The position numbers were made by a program, and so were the translations under genes. Below are positions 1 to 9,911 of a DNA stretch of 64,000 nucleotides, in pieces; positions within the stretch are counted from its first letter, which is position 1; each line of letters starts with the position of its first letter. The notes beneath the pieces were generated by a model, which saw only the letters and a list, made by a program, of their open reading frames with translations, made no database searches and was not told the DNA's origin. The stretch covers positions 1-64,000 of the forward strand of contig CALIBN010000010.1 in assembly GCA_938045545.1 (NCBI GenBank), given 5' to 3'. Source of the stretch: an uncultured archaeon. Its GTDB lineage: Archaea; Thermoproteota; EX4484-205; JAAOZP01.

Positions 1-5
1 TTGTC

Positions 6-353
6 TTAGCGTGCCAGTAGTTGTTCTATAGCTCTCAAGATAACCTGCTTGCTTTCAATAACGTAGTCCTCCGGCAAATGGTCCTCGTAGAAGTTTACGT
101 GCAGGCTCTCAGCGTGGCGGAAAACCTCTCTAAGCTTTAGATCTGGATATTCCTTGTCCAACTCCGTTACGAAAATGGCTATGCTCCTATGCGTGCCCAG
201 GCTAATGCCCCTTTCCGAAGCAATGGCTTTTAAGGCTTCCACGAAAGCCCCCCAAATCTTCTCAGATGCTTGGGGATAATCCTTTTTCTCAATAAGCTCC
301 TCAGCCTCCCTCAAATACTTCGCGTTGAGCCTCAGGTAATCCTGCTTAGACAT
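6..353 (-). CDS. PaREP1 family (HEPN-like) protein
   Basis: Motifs YLREAEELIEKKDYPQASEKIWGA and HAESLHVNFYE; probable start MSKQDY. Confidence 0.8.
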   Translation of the reverse strand: MSKQDYLRLNAKYLREAEELIEKKDYPQASEKIWGAFVEALKAIASERGISLGTHRSIAIFVTELDKEYPDLKLREVFRHAESLHVNFYEDHLPEDYVIESKQVILRAIEQLLAR

Positions 354-991
354 TATTCTACACCATGAATCCAATCCTAATTTTTAAGGTTTTCCACGCT
401 ATAGGCATGGTAGCGCTATGCGCAATACTTAAGCTTGGGTTATTGTATTGTAAAATCGTTTTTAAACGAATATGGAAAACAAAGAGAATCATTTTTAGCT
501 TTATATCAGCGCGCGTGAACCCTCAAGCGGAGTAACCGTCTGCCCAGGAGCCATACAAGGCGGATTCTGCTCTGTAACCGGAAGCCAATAGAACGGCAAA
601 CTCTCCTCACCCAGTATATGCGCGATATGGCAATGAAGCGGTTTCAACCATCCTCCTCAAAGCCTTAAGCCTCCTACTGTAAAAACCTATCGTCCTCACC
701 GCGTCCTTGAAACCAGACTCCCAGCTGAACAACCCACCTCTGTTTTTAGCGCGGATTATAAACTTAATGCATAAAAGCATTATGCCAAGCCTAGTGCTCG
801 CGCTAGAGGCTTGCCAGAAGCAAGCTACATGAGGCAAAAATAGGAATCCCTGTCGAGAAAACTTTTTCCGATAAGTACTCGACAACCACGCTCCCAATAT
901 CCTCGCGAGCCCGACCGGTATTTCTAACTGAGATAACCCAGTATAAGACGTGTGCTGATCCTCCTTTTAAGCTTAATCCCCAGCTTGGAGC

Positions 992-1465
992 GTGCAAGAT
1001 GTCAAATTAACCTTAAGAGGTTGTTGCCGTAAACTAACAATATCGTGGCTATGCAATACATTCATTTGTGGAGAAGAGGCGGCTAAGCCTTGGAAAATTT
1101 TCAGAAAATGGGAGGGATACCAAAACGCGGTAACAATAGATTTATTTGGCTTAACCTTAAAATATCCAGTCATGTCAGATCGTGAAAAAGAATTCCCTCC
1201 GCCGAGCAAAACATCCTTTGAAATTACGAGGTTTCCTAACGTGCATGATACAAGCATGAGTGAGGATGAGCCGGATTCAGAGGAATTTGAAGCAACACCG
1301 TTCGTAGATATAAGGATTAACGGTGTGGAAATGGAGGGTGCCCTCGTCGATGATTTCTTTTGGAAATACGGAAACAGCGATGGAAATAACATCTTGGGTT
1401 TAACCGCAGAGGCCCACTTCGTGAGGAAGTTGAGGAAGCTGGTTATGAAGTATCGTTGGTCGTAA
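992..1465 (+). CDS. hypothetical protein (true start possibly ATG near 1171)
   Basis: Acidic ORF overlapping the next ORF; no recognised motif. Confidence 0.4.
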   Translation: MQDVKLTLRGCCRKLTISWLCNTFICGEEAAKPWKIFRKWEGYQNAVTIDLFGLTLKYPVMSDREKEFPPPSKTSFEITRFPNVHDTSMSEDEPDSEEFEATPFVDIRINGVEMEGALVDDFFWKYGNSDGNNILGLTAEAHFVRKLRKLVMKYRWS

Positions 1466-1989
1466 GCCACAACATCGAGATAAGGGAGATTAAGAAAGGG
1501 AATTTTGTGTACGATTGCTTTCGAGATTACGGCGAGGTCGTAGAGAATATGCCAAGAGAACTAAAAGAAGTGGTAAAAGAGTTCTGCAAAGAAGGAGTTG
1601 ACATACGGATAAGTGATGAGGATGGCATCCCAGTATACTTAGATGGTCGATTCATCTTCAGGGCAAAATTTGAAGAAATAATCCTCCACATGCTTTCAAA
1701 AATTGAAGACGAGTTCATAACGAATGCTGTGCTCTTTGATCCGAGGATGGAGGAATTTGAACCATTCTTAATAGCATTAAGCTATGAATTGATGCTAATG
1801 CTCGAGTACGAGGCAAACATCCCAATCTTCAAGCTATCTTATGACAGAGCTGGGAAAGTACTCGACGATGTTGGGAGAGTGTTTAAAAAGCACGGCATAT
1901 ATTTAGAAAGGGACCCCTTCTCAGGCATTAGGATTTCAAATAGAAAGACCTTGTGCGAAGAACCCAGAAACCTGATCGTAAGCGAATAA
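1456..1989 (+). CDS. hypothetical protein
   Basis: 177-aa ORF with protein-like composition, coupled to the upstream ORF. Confidence 0.55.
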   Translation: MVVSHNIEIREIKKGNFVYDCFRDYGEVVENMPRELKEVVKEFCKEGVDIRISDEDGIPVYLDGRFIFRAKFEEIILHMLSKIEDEFITNAVLFDPRMEEFEPFLIALSYELMLMLEYEANIPIFKLSYDRAGKVLDDVGRVFKKHGIYLERDPFSGIRISNRKTLCEEPRNLIVSE

Positions 1990-2230
1990 TTTTGGATGGG
2001 CTTCATTAAGCTTAGCCTATTCGCAAATCGTTCACGATAGTGCGATTCGCCCATTTAACATGCTAAGGAAGCCAAGATCCCATACCTGTAAACTAGAAAT
2101 AGCAGCTCTATTGTTGCTGAAAGGCTTGTTTTGACAATATTCCCCGTTCGGGTACGCGCGACTGAAAACATCGTCGTTAAAAGGGGGATCGAAAGAAGAC
2201 TTATATTCCTCTGGCCTGTTCTTCTCCTAG

Positions 2231-2434
2231 ATGAGCGAGATAACTCTAGAAACAATATATAGGGAGGTAAGGGATCTTAAAATGCTTATTGATTCCCTCG
2301 CCGAAACCATTGAGATACTTGCTAACCCGAAGGAGCTTGAGGGAATACGAAGGGGATTGATGGATTTTAAAAGGGGCAGGACTAGGAGTTGGGGTGAATT
2401 CGAGCAGGAATTGAGGAAAGAGGGCAAGCTTTAG
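2231..2434 (+). CDS. putative antitoxin of a RelBE-type pair
   Basis: 67 aa; ETIEILANPKELEGIRRGLMDFKRGR; stop overlaps the GTG of a RelE-like gene. Confidence 0.7.
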   Translation: MSEITLETIYREVRDLKMLIDSLAETIEILANPKELEGIRRGLMDFKRGRTRSWGEFEQELRKEGKL

Positions 2435-2692
2435 TGGAGACGCAGTACGAGATTGAAGTAACGAGACATTTTGAAAGATTGTTCAGAAAGCTTAATCCAG
2501 GGACTGCGAGAAAAATAAGGGATAAAATATTAGAATTGAGGATTAATCCGTACACTAACAAGCCTCTGACGGGCCAACTGTCAGGTTTGCGAAGCATGAG
2601 TTGGAGATTATAGAGTACTGTATATTGTAAATGAAGAGGACAAGAAAGTTACTTTAATTCATGTGGAACATAGGCGTGCAGTCTATAAATAA
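2434..2692 (+). pseudogene. RelE/ParE family toxin, frameshifted
   Basis: GTG start gives METQYEIEVTRHFERLFRKL...NPYTNKPLTGQLSGLRSM; after a 2-nt gap at about 2599 it continues VGDYRVLYIVNEEDKKVTLIHVEHRRAVYK*. Confidence 0.8.
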
Positions 2693-3215
2693 ATGATGGC
2701 TTATCAGGATAAGTTTTGCACGTGCGGATGTAGCTCATGGACTCAATTGAGTGCCTGTTCAGCAGTGGCGAAGCCTTTAGTAGGATTGCCTTCATTCTTT
2801 CCAAAAGGCCTGTTTGATAGTCCTTCCTGTTCAGAGTTGCCGATTAAGATGAGCAGTAAGCAGGGTAAACCGTCATATCATTTTGACGCTGGCCTTAGTA
2901 GGCTTGTGTTTAAAGAAAAACTTAAAGTAAATGGTGTAAGGTAAAGCAAGGCTTGAAACATAAACGGATATTTGCTCCGTAAATTAGCTTCTCAAGATTA
3001 GCCCCACTTTTTTTAAAAAAAGCTGCTCAACATCATCAGAACAGGAGCCTCGTATCGACGCTTTTACACAGCCTCCGACGAATTCTCTGAAATAGCAGAG
3101 GTCTCGTCAAGGCGCGCTTTGCATAACCACCAAGGCCGTCCCGAGACCTTGACGCTAAGAGACGGAAGAAATGAAGGTTTTTAAGGCATGCGGTACAATA
3201 CGGGTTAAAGGTGGA

Positions 3216-3614
3216 ATGACCTTAGTTAAGGCAAAAATCAGACTCTCCGGGGAGAGAGAAACGCGTTTTCTAACAGCCCTAGTAGATACCGGTGCCAGAA
3301 TGACTCTCATCGACAGTTCTCTCGCAGAGCGTATAGGCGTCCAATATACTGGAAGGACGATAAGCTTCATCTCGGTCTCCGGACATGCTGTAAAAGGGTT
3401 GGAGGCGTTGGTCTTAGAGCTTGAAGTGGCGGGCGAGGTGTTGAAGTACGAGGCTGTAGCAGTTGCGAGTATCCCGGAGAAGGTTAAGGAAGCCTTAAGG
3501 GGAAGCGGAATGGATGAGAACGTAATAATCGGTCTCTTAACGATTGAGAGAGCGAGCATGATACCGGATACCTTGACAGGTACTCTAAGAAAAGTGGAGA
3601 GCTTCATACTCTAA
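3216..3614 (+). CDS. clan AA (retropepsin-like) aspartic protease
   Basis: ALVDTGA catalytic motif and IIG motif; GGTGG upstream of the ATG at 3216. Confidence 0.8.
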   Translation: MTLVKAKIRLSGERETRFLTALVDTGARMTLIDSSLAERIGVQYTGRTISFISVSGHAVKGLEALVLELEVAGEVLKYEAVAVASIPEKVKEALRGSGMDENVIIGLLTIERASMIPDTLTGTLRKVESFIL

Positions 3615-3648
3615 CATGCTAATACTGACAACTTCCGGAGTCGATGGA

Positions 3649-3831
3649 TTAAGCAGAAGCGTTTCGGAAGCGGTGACGCTTTACAGGTACCATACGTAAA
3701 GGTTCTGGATCTTTCTCAAAAACAACTCCCTCGATACTGGAAAGCCATTTTTCAATCGACTCTTCGGCGCATCGCAGCTTCTCTAAACCCAGCCTCAAAT
3801 CCTTCCTGATTTGAATCCTAAGACCCCGCAT
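3649..3831 (-). pseudogene. internally deleted copy of the antitoxin at 5166-5441
   Basis: Shares GLRIQIR.DL and EE.IEKWLSS.EGVVFE.DP with 5166-5441. Confidence 0.7.
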
Positions 3832-3925
3832 GACAAAAAATCACTACCATATTACTTTTTTATAAGTTCACGTAGCCCTGATGTCCGCTATAGTGTAAGT
3901 CTATCCATTTTTACGAGACTACTTA

Positions 3926-4330
3926 TTAGTCTACCAGCCTCACGTTTAGCCCTTTCTCTAAAGCCGCCTTTGCTTGGACTCTGTCAGCCGTCAATAGCGT
4001 TAAACCCTTATCCCTCGAGAGGACGACGTAGATCGCATCATAGATCGTTATCCCTGTTCCCATGGCTATTCCCAAGGCTTCATCAACGTATCCCGCTTCA
4101 TCCTCAACCTTTAAAGCGCTGCCAAGTAGCCTCTTTAAGGCCAGTAGAGCCGAATCAGCTTCCTCTCTAGAGAGTTCGCCACGCCTATGCCTCTTTAAAA
4201 CTACGTTTGAAACCTCCTTCAAGACGAGGTCCGTAGAGAGCACCCCCTCTTTAAGCTCCTCACATACCTCTTGCCATCCAGCCTCCTTCAACAGGAACTT
4301 CGCTAAGGCTGAGGCGTCAATGACTTTCAC
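3926..4330 (-). CDS. vapC: VapC PIN-domain toxin
   Basis: VIDASAL, ITIYDAIY and LLTAD PIN motifs. Confidence 0.9.
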   Translation of the reverse strand: MKVIDASALAKFLLKEAGWQEVCEELKEGVLSTDLVLKEVSNVVLKRHRRGELSREEADSALLALKRLLGSALKVEDEAGYVDEALGIAMGTGITIYDAIYVVLSRDKGLTLLTADRVQAKAALEKGLNVRLVD

Positions 4331-4544
4331 GATCCTCTCTCACCAGCCTTGCCGCCGTGCCTAAGGGAGCCGGCCTCACGTTTTCCAGAAGCTTGACCGC
4401 CTCTTCAACCGCCTGCTTTCTCTCCAGCTCCTCAAGCCTAGCGAGAATACTCTTCCTGATTTCTTCCGGCCAGTTCACCATGTTCTCGTACTGCTTCATC
4501 TTCTCCTTAACCCAGCGTGGAACCTTAACGCTGATGACCGACAT
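4317..4544 (-). CDS. vapB: VapB-type antitoxin (RHH-like)
   Basis: MSVISVKVP...VNWPEEIRK; overlaps the vapC start. Confidence 0.8.
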   Translation of the reverse strand: MSVISVKVPRWVKEKMKQYENMVNWPEEIRKSILARLEELERKQAVEEAVKLLENVRPAPLGTAARLVREDRESH

Positions 4545-4774
4545 CTAGTATACCAGCAAAGTATACCTTATATAAGGTTTATGGTAAACCACTGCAGCAT
4601 GTATCTTACGCTTATAGGCGTGCGCCATTTTGACCCTCTTAGCCTGTTCAAACAACTTTCGACTTCCACTCTCACAACATGTCCTCCAGTGCTTCTGCTA
4701 GTAAGCTTACCTCATCTCGACTGGCTGCGTCGCACGCTGAGATGAAAGCAAACTGGTGTACGAAACGATTTTCT

Positions 4775-5179
4775 TCAAACCAGCCGGGCTGGTTCCTCCC
4801 TCGGGACCTCCAGGCCGTCGAAATGCTTGTCGAAGGAAACTATGGCTTTCACCCCGAGCGACATGGCTGCCGAGTACTGTATGGCATCGTCCAGATCTAA
4901 GTGCTTCTCCTTCATTGTCTCTACCGCTCTCAACAATTCTTTAAGCCCGTTGCGGTGTATCGTGAGCCCCCTGTACGCTGAAAGGCTTGAGAGAAAAACC
5001 TTCAGCTCATCCAGCTTGGAAAGGCCTGACATTATGATCATGATGGAGTATATTGAGAAATCTGTGATGAAGGCCTTTGAAACACCCTCTTTAACGCTTT
5101 TCAGAAAGACTTCACACTCTTTGCTTCTGGCTTGGGAAAGCATGACTTCTAGAAAAATATTCGTGTCAACGAGGTACAT
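4775..5179 (-). CDS. vapC: VapC PIN-domain toxin
   Basis: YLVDTNIFLE, LDLDDAIQY, IVSFDKHFD. Confidence 0.9.
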   Translation of the reverse strand: MYLVDTNIFLEVMLSQARSKECEVFLKSVKEGVSKAFITDFSIYSIMIIMSGLSKLDELKVFLSSLSAYRGLTIHRNGLKELLRAVETMKEKHLDLDDAIQYSAAMSLGVKAIVSFDKHFDGLEVPREEPARLV

Positions 5180-5441
5180 TTTCAGATGCAGCCTCAAACC
5201 ACGACTTTACAGCTGAGTGCTGCAGTTCGACGGAGCCAACCTTAATGTCTGAAAGGAGCCCTTCTACAGCCTTGACAGGATCTCCTTCAAAAACAACCCC
5301 CTCAACGCTGGAGAGCCATTTTTCAATCGCCTCTTCAGCAGCACGGCTGAGAGCCCCTTTTGAATAGCCGAACCTGCGCATCGCAGCCTCTCTGAACCTA
5401 GCTTCTAAGTCCCTCCTTATTTGAATCCTAAGACCGGGCAT
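5166..5441 (-). CDS. putative RHH antitoxin
   Basis: FREAAMRRFGYSKGALSRAAEEAI; overlaps the vapC start. Confidence 0.75.
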   Translation of the reverse strand: MPGLRIQIRRDLEARFREAAMRRFGYSKGALSRAAEEAIEKWLSSVEGVVFEGDPVKAVEGLLSDIKVGSVELQHSAVKSWFEAASENVPR

Positions 5442-5581
5442 GCTAAAAAAACGACCATATTACTATTTAACCTTTTCTCCACAAGTCCTTATCATCACGC
5501 TTTATTTTACGCACCGACTAAACACTAAATAAGCACCTGCCAAGGGTAAACCCTTGTTTGCGCACGTTAGAAGCCGACTAA

Positions 5582-5865
5582 TTAGTAGCACACGCGTCAG
5601 CCCTTTCTCCAACCCGCCTTCGCTTGGCCTATGTCAGCCGTCAATAGCGTTGAATTCTTAGCCTTCGAGAAGACGATGCGGAGCGTATCATAGATCGTTA
5701 TCCCCGCCTCATGACCATTCTCACGGCTTCATCGACGCAGCCACTTCTTTCTAAATTTTTTTCAAAGTGCTTCAAGAGGCATCTTTAACGCCAATAGAGC
5801 GGAATCGGCTTCCCCTCCGGATAGTTCGCCATGCCCATGCCTCCTTAAAACAACGCTTGAAACAT
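5582..5865 (-). pseudogene. degenerate copy of vapC 3926-4330
   Basis: Nucleotide blocks shared with 3926-4210 (tgtcagccgtcaatagcgtt, atcatagatcgttatccc), with indels. Confidence 0.75.
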
Positions 5866-5931
5866 GATTCGGTTCAAGCTCGCATAAATGCGTTGAAAAG
5901 ACATTTAAACGCTCTCTCGGTAGGCTGAGGC

Positions 5932-6765
5932 ATGCTCATCAAAAGGAGGGATGGGGAGAACCCGCCCCCGCCACCGGTTGAGGAGGAGCCTGGGCTTGAG
6001 GCTGAGGAGGAGCATGCTCCAGAATACTCTTTGAGAACTCCAACCGGCATAGTCGGCTTAGACAAGATTATAGACGGAGGGCTGCTTAGGGGTAAAACAT
6101 ACCTGGTTGCAGGGGAAACAGGCACTGGTAAGACTATTTTCAGCCTAAGGTTTATTCTGAAGGGTATTGAAATAGGCGAGCCCTGTGTCTACGTTCCTTT
6201 CGACGAGACTGTTGAGAGCACTGTTGAAGGAGCTTTAACGCTCGGCTGGGATCTTGAGACGCCGATGAGGAGGAACATGCTTAGGATACTTGACGCCAGG
6301 CCTTTCTTCGCCGAGGTCACTAGGGAGAAGTTCATGGCTGAGGTTGTGAGGGAGATCGTTAAGGAGCTTAAGAGACATGTTTCCGAGATAGGGGCTAAGA
6401 GGCTCGTCATAGATCCCGTTGCGCCGCTCGTCGGCGAGGTTGTCGACGTTTCATGGACCAGGGACTTCATAAGGGGCTTCGTGACTGCTGTTGAAAAGTT
6501 CCTCGGCTGCACCACCATTATAACCAGCGAGGTCCCCACTGGCAGCGGGCTTCTCAGCAGGTTCGGCGTTGAAGAGTTCCTCTCCTCAGGAATCATTAAG
6601 CTCTCAATAACCCCTATTGAGAACAGGAATCTCAGGACGCTTATGGTTAGGAAGCTGAGGTGGACCAGGGTGGACCTGACGCCCTACGTCTACGAGATTA
6701 AGCCCCTGGAGGGGATTGTTATTCTGGAGCCCCTACACGAGTATGTTAAGAAGCTTAAAGAATAG
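5932..6765 (+). CDS. KaiC-like / RAD55 family ATPase
   Basis: TGIVGLD, Walker A GETGTGKT, RLVIDP, VRKLR. Confidence 0.9.
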   Translation: MLIKRRDGENPPPPPVEEEPGLEAEEEHAPEYSLRTPTGIVGLDKIIDGGLLRGKTYLVAGETGTGKTIFSLRFILKGIEIGEPCVYVPFDETVESTVEGALTLGWDLETPMRRNMLRILDARPFFAEVTREKFMAEVVREIVKELKRHVSEIGAKRLVIDPVAPLVGEVVDVSWTRDFIRGFVTAVEKFLGCTTIITSEVPTGSGLLSRFGVEEFLSSGIIKLSITPIENRNLRTLMVRKLRWTRVDLTPYVYEIKPLEGIVILEPLHEYVKKLKE

Positions 6766-6853
6766 CTGTATGCGGCACACAGGCTTGCTACGGTTCTAAT
6801 CACGCGCGGCTTCGAGAAGCCTTTTTCCATCAGCTTCTACATGGGTTAACAGG

Positions 6854-7618
6854 TTAAACCATTAATTGTTGAATGGCCGCCCCAAGGTAGAGCATTATGA
6901 ACGAGGTGAGCATTGCCGCCTGGGGACTAGCCTTGAACCAGAACACTATTGCTGCTGAAAGCAGGAGCGCGCTAAACCCTCCTGAGAGTATTTGAATAAG
7001 CCCGGCGGCTAGGCTGGGCGGGTTTGAAACCACCAGTATCAGGCTGTAGAAGAGCTGGGGAAGGAAGCAGAACGGTAAAGCCGTCAGGAATCCTGTTTCA
7101 ACACTCCTCTTCTGGAAAACAGTTCTGGGAACAAGATAGGCGAGGAGCAGGCTTAGGGCGACACTTCCCAGGGTTGAGGAGAAGCTTACTCTCGCAACCG
7201 GGATCAGCAGGGCGAGGCCCATCTTAGCGTAGAGGCTTGATGCTGAGAGGCTGAGCACTATCAGCGCAGCCATCGGCGTCACCATCCTGCTCGGCAACCC
7301 TGTGAAGAACCATACTGGGACGAGCGTCTCTAAAACCCTGGGTAGTTCTCCTGAAGTCGGAGGGGGCAGTAGGCCTGATTTCAAGGCCAAGTAGACCCTC
7401 CTGCCCTGCTCGCTTAAAGCATACTTCTTGTCGCTGGTCTGTTCGACGAGCTCCCCGAGCGCTAGGAGATTATGGTAGAGGCTGCCCGTGCTCAGGCCCA
7501 GCTCCCTCTTAAGATCCTTGATGCTCATAGACCCGGTTTCCCCTAGCTTCATCAGCAGGGCTCTCCTCTTGCCGTATGAGAGAGCAAGTATAACCTTCTC
7601 CAGGCCCTCCTCCTCCAC
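6854..7618 (-). CDS. membrane-anchored ArsR-like winged-helix protein
   Basis: N-terminal wHTH (LSTGSLYHNL) followed by several hydrophobic segments. Confidence 0.7.
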   Translation of the reverse strand: MEEEGLEKVILALSYGKRRALLMKLGETGSMSIKDLKRELGLSTGSLYHNLLALGELVEQTSDKKYALSEQGRRVYLALKSGLLPPPTSGELPRVLETLVPVWFFTGLPSRMVTPMAALIVLSLSASSLYAKMGLALLIPVARVSFSSTLGSVALSLLLAYLVPRTVFQKRSVETGFLTALPFCFLPQLFYSLILVVSNPPSLAAGLIQILSGGFSALLLSAAIVFWFKASPQAAMLTSFIMLYLGAAIQQLMV

Positions 7619-7743
7619 GGGCTTTAAAAACGCGAGAGGAATATAAAAACATCATGTCTGCAATGCGTCAGCCGGTTTAAAATGGGAAAAACCGGCAGCC
7701 TTTCAGCCAGGATGCTTGTTGAAGCCTCCTGAGGTTGTGAAGC

Positions 7744-8820
7744 CTAGTGTTCAGCAGGCCTGTATGAGCCGAGCAGCCTAATCTCCACAGCCCTACGCTT
7801 AAGATTCTCCAGCGCTCTATGCACACCATGGTCCCAGGAGGCGCCCTCAAACTCCACTAGAAACATGTACTCCCAGGGCTTGCCCCTTACGGGTCTAGAC
7901 TCTATTCTGGTCAGGTTTAAACCATGCTTCGCAAAAACTCCGAGAGCCCTGTACAGGGAGCCGGGCTTATGCTCCAGAATCATTATAAGCATTGTTCTCG
8001 CATCCCCCTTAAACTTCTTCGAGGCTTCTCTAGAGAGGACTAGGAAGCGGGTGTAGTTCTCCCGCTCATCCTGAATATTCCTGGCTAGGATTCTCAAGCC
8101 GTATTCTCTTGCAGCAGCCTCGGAGCACACTGCCGCCCCACCCCTTGTTTTAGCCGCCATCAAGGCAGCCTTAGAGGTGCTTGAAACCTCCCTTATCCTT
8201 GCTTCCGGCATAACCCTGTCTAGAAACATCCTGACCTGTGCTAGGGCGTGAGGGTTGGAGAAAACAATCCTAACGTCTTCAAGCCTCCTCTCCCTGGATG
8301 AAAGGTGGAAAGCTATTTTCAAAACCTCCTCGCCGACGATGCTGAGGCTCGAGGAGGCTAGGCAGTCAAGCGTTTCAGAAACAGAGCCCTCAAGGCTGTT
8401 TTCAACCGGAGCAACCCCGTAGTCAGCCTCAGCCTCCTCAACGCTTTTAAAAACGCTTCTAATCGTGGGGTAGGGCTGAAGAGCGTAGGGCTTACCGGAG
8501 AAGTATTTCTCAGCAGCCTCCATCGTGAACGAGCCTCTTGGCCCCAGGTAGGCTACTTTAAAGCACCCCTGGACCCTCCTGCTGTGGTCTATTATGATGC
8601 TGAAAACCTTTTCAACCAGAACGGGGTCTAAGCCTCTTGCAGAAGCCTTTTCAAGAACATGCTTGTAAACCTCTTTCTCCCTATTCTCATCTACAACGGG
8701 TAGCCCAAGCCTCTTCTTCTCCCCGCCTATCATTCTCGCAACCCTGATCCTCTCAGCGATAGCTTCGACGAGCTTCTCGTCAACCCTGTCCATCATCCTC
8801 CTCATCTCCTTGAGACTCAA
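7744..8820 (-). CDS. pheA: chorismate mutase / prephenate dehydratase
   Basis: AroQ-like N-terminus, YLGPRGSF, ENSLEG, NYTRF, ACT motif NLTRIESRP. Confidence 0.95.
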   Translation of the reverse strand: MSLKEMRRMMDRVDEKLVEAIAERIRVARMIGGEKKRLGLPVVDENREKEVYKHVLEKASARGLDPVLVEKVFSIIIDHSRRVQGCFKVAYLGPRGSFTMEAAEKYFSGKPYALQPYPTIRSVFKSVEEAEADYGVAPVENSLEGSVSETLDCLASSSLSIVGEEVLKIAFHLSSRERRLEDVRIVFSNPHALAQVRMFLDRVMPEARIREVSSTSKAALMAAKTRGGAAVCSEAAAREYGLRILARNIQDERENYTRFLVLSREASKKFKGDARTMLIMILEHKPGSLYRALGVFAKHGLNLTRIESRPVRGKPWEYMFLVEFEGASWDHGVHRALENLKRRAVEIRLLGSYRPAEH

Positions 8821-9911
8821 TCTTTAACCACTCTCCCGACGAGGCCGGCCCTAGCGTAGTGGTCGACGAGGACCATTGCTGAGACGGCCTCAACAACTGG
8901 AACAGCCCTGGGAGCGATGCAGATGTCGAACCTCCCGCCTGAGAGATCCAGGTTAACGCTTCTCATCTCCTCAAGGTTGACCGTGCGTTGAACCCTCGCT
9001 ATCGAGGGGGTCGGCTTAAAGGCCGCTCTGAAAACTATCATGCTTCCCGTTGAAACACCTCCGACTACACCCCCGTCGCTGAATCCAGCGACCTCAACCC
9101 TCGCGTCCCTGACGGTCAGCTCATCGTTGAACACGCTTCCCCTCATGCAGGAGGCTTCGAAACCCTTTCCGAACTCCACCCCTTTTACGCCGGGGATAGA
9201 CATCGCTGCCCTAGCGAGCTCAACGTCAAGCCCCTCTAAAAGCGGGTCTCCAACGCCAGGGGGCACACCGTATATCCTGCACTCCACAACACCACCCACA
9301 CTGTCACCTTCACGCGAAGCCTCGTCTATCTCCCTCATCATCATTCTCGAAGCATCCGGGTCTACGCACCTGACTGGGGACTCATAAACCCTCTTCAAAT
9401 CATCCTCGCTCGGCTCACCCCGGTAACTGGCTCTACCTATCCTAGTGACGTGCGCGTATATTCTAACCCCTTTTCTTTCGAGAACCTGGGCTGCTAGCGA
9501 GCCTGCTGCAACCCAGCCCGCGGTGAACCTTCCCGAGGAGAATCCTCCTCCCCTGTAATCGTTGAAGCCGCCGTACCTAACCCTGTAAGGATAGTCAACA
9601 TGGCTCGGCCTAGGAGTGCTCCTGATCCTCTCGTAGAAGCCCGGATCAATATCAGTGTTCCAAACAACTATGAGCAGGGGAGCCCCCGTGGTGAACCCTT
9701 TGAAAACCCCGGTGAGGATTTCGAAAGAATCCTCTTCAACCCTCGCCGTGGAGCCGTATCCAGCCCTCCTGCGGGAGAGGCTGAGCCTAATCCTGTCACC
9801 GTCGACCCTTAAGCCGGCCGGGAAGCCCTGTATTAGCGAGCCGACCAGCCTGCCGTGGCTCTCCCCGAAGAAGCTGAAGACAATAAGCCTGCCTAGAGTG
9901 TTCAAACCCAT
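8817..9911 (-). CDS. aroC: chorismate synthase
   Basis: GESHG, GDSVGG, KGVEFG, FKPTPS, RAVPVVEA. Confidence 0.95.
   Translation of the reverse strand: MGLNTLGRLIVFSFFGESHGRLVGSLIQGFPAGLRVDGDRIRLSLSRRRAGYGSTARVEEDSFEILTGVFKGFTTGAPLLIVVWNTDIDPGFYERIRSTPRPSHVDYPYRVRYGGFNDYRGGGFSSGRFTAGWVAAGSLAAQVLERKGVRIYAHVTRIGRASYRGEPSEDDLKRVYESPVRCVDPDASRMMMREIDEASREGDSVGGVVECRIYGVPPGVGDPLLEGLDVELARAAMSIPGVKGVEFGKGFEASCMRGSVFNDELTVRDARVEVAGFSDGGVVGGVSTGSMIVFRAAFKPTPSIARVQRTVNLEEMRSVNLDLSGGRFDICIAPRAVPVVEAVSAMVLVDHYARAGLVGRVVKD

Noticed and set aside
520-997. Possible HhH-GPD/endonuclease III remnant (VRTIGFYSRRLKAL)
   Set aside because: Only one short motif-like patch; no HhH or Cys cluster recoverable
2693-2944. 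83-aa ORF after relE
   Set aside because: No motif and non-protein-like composition
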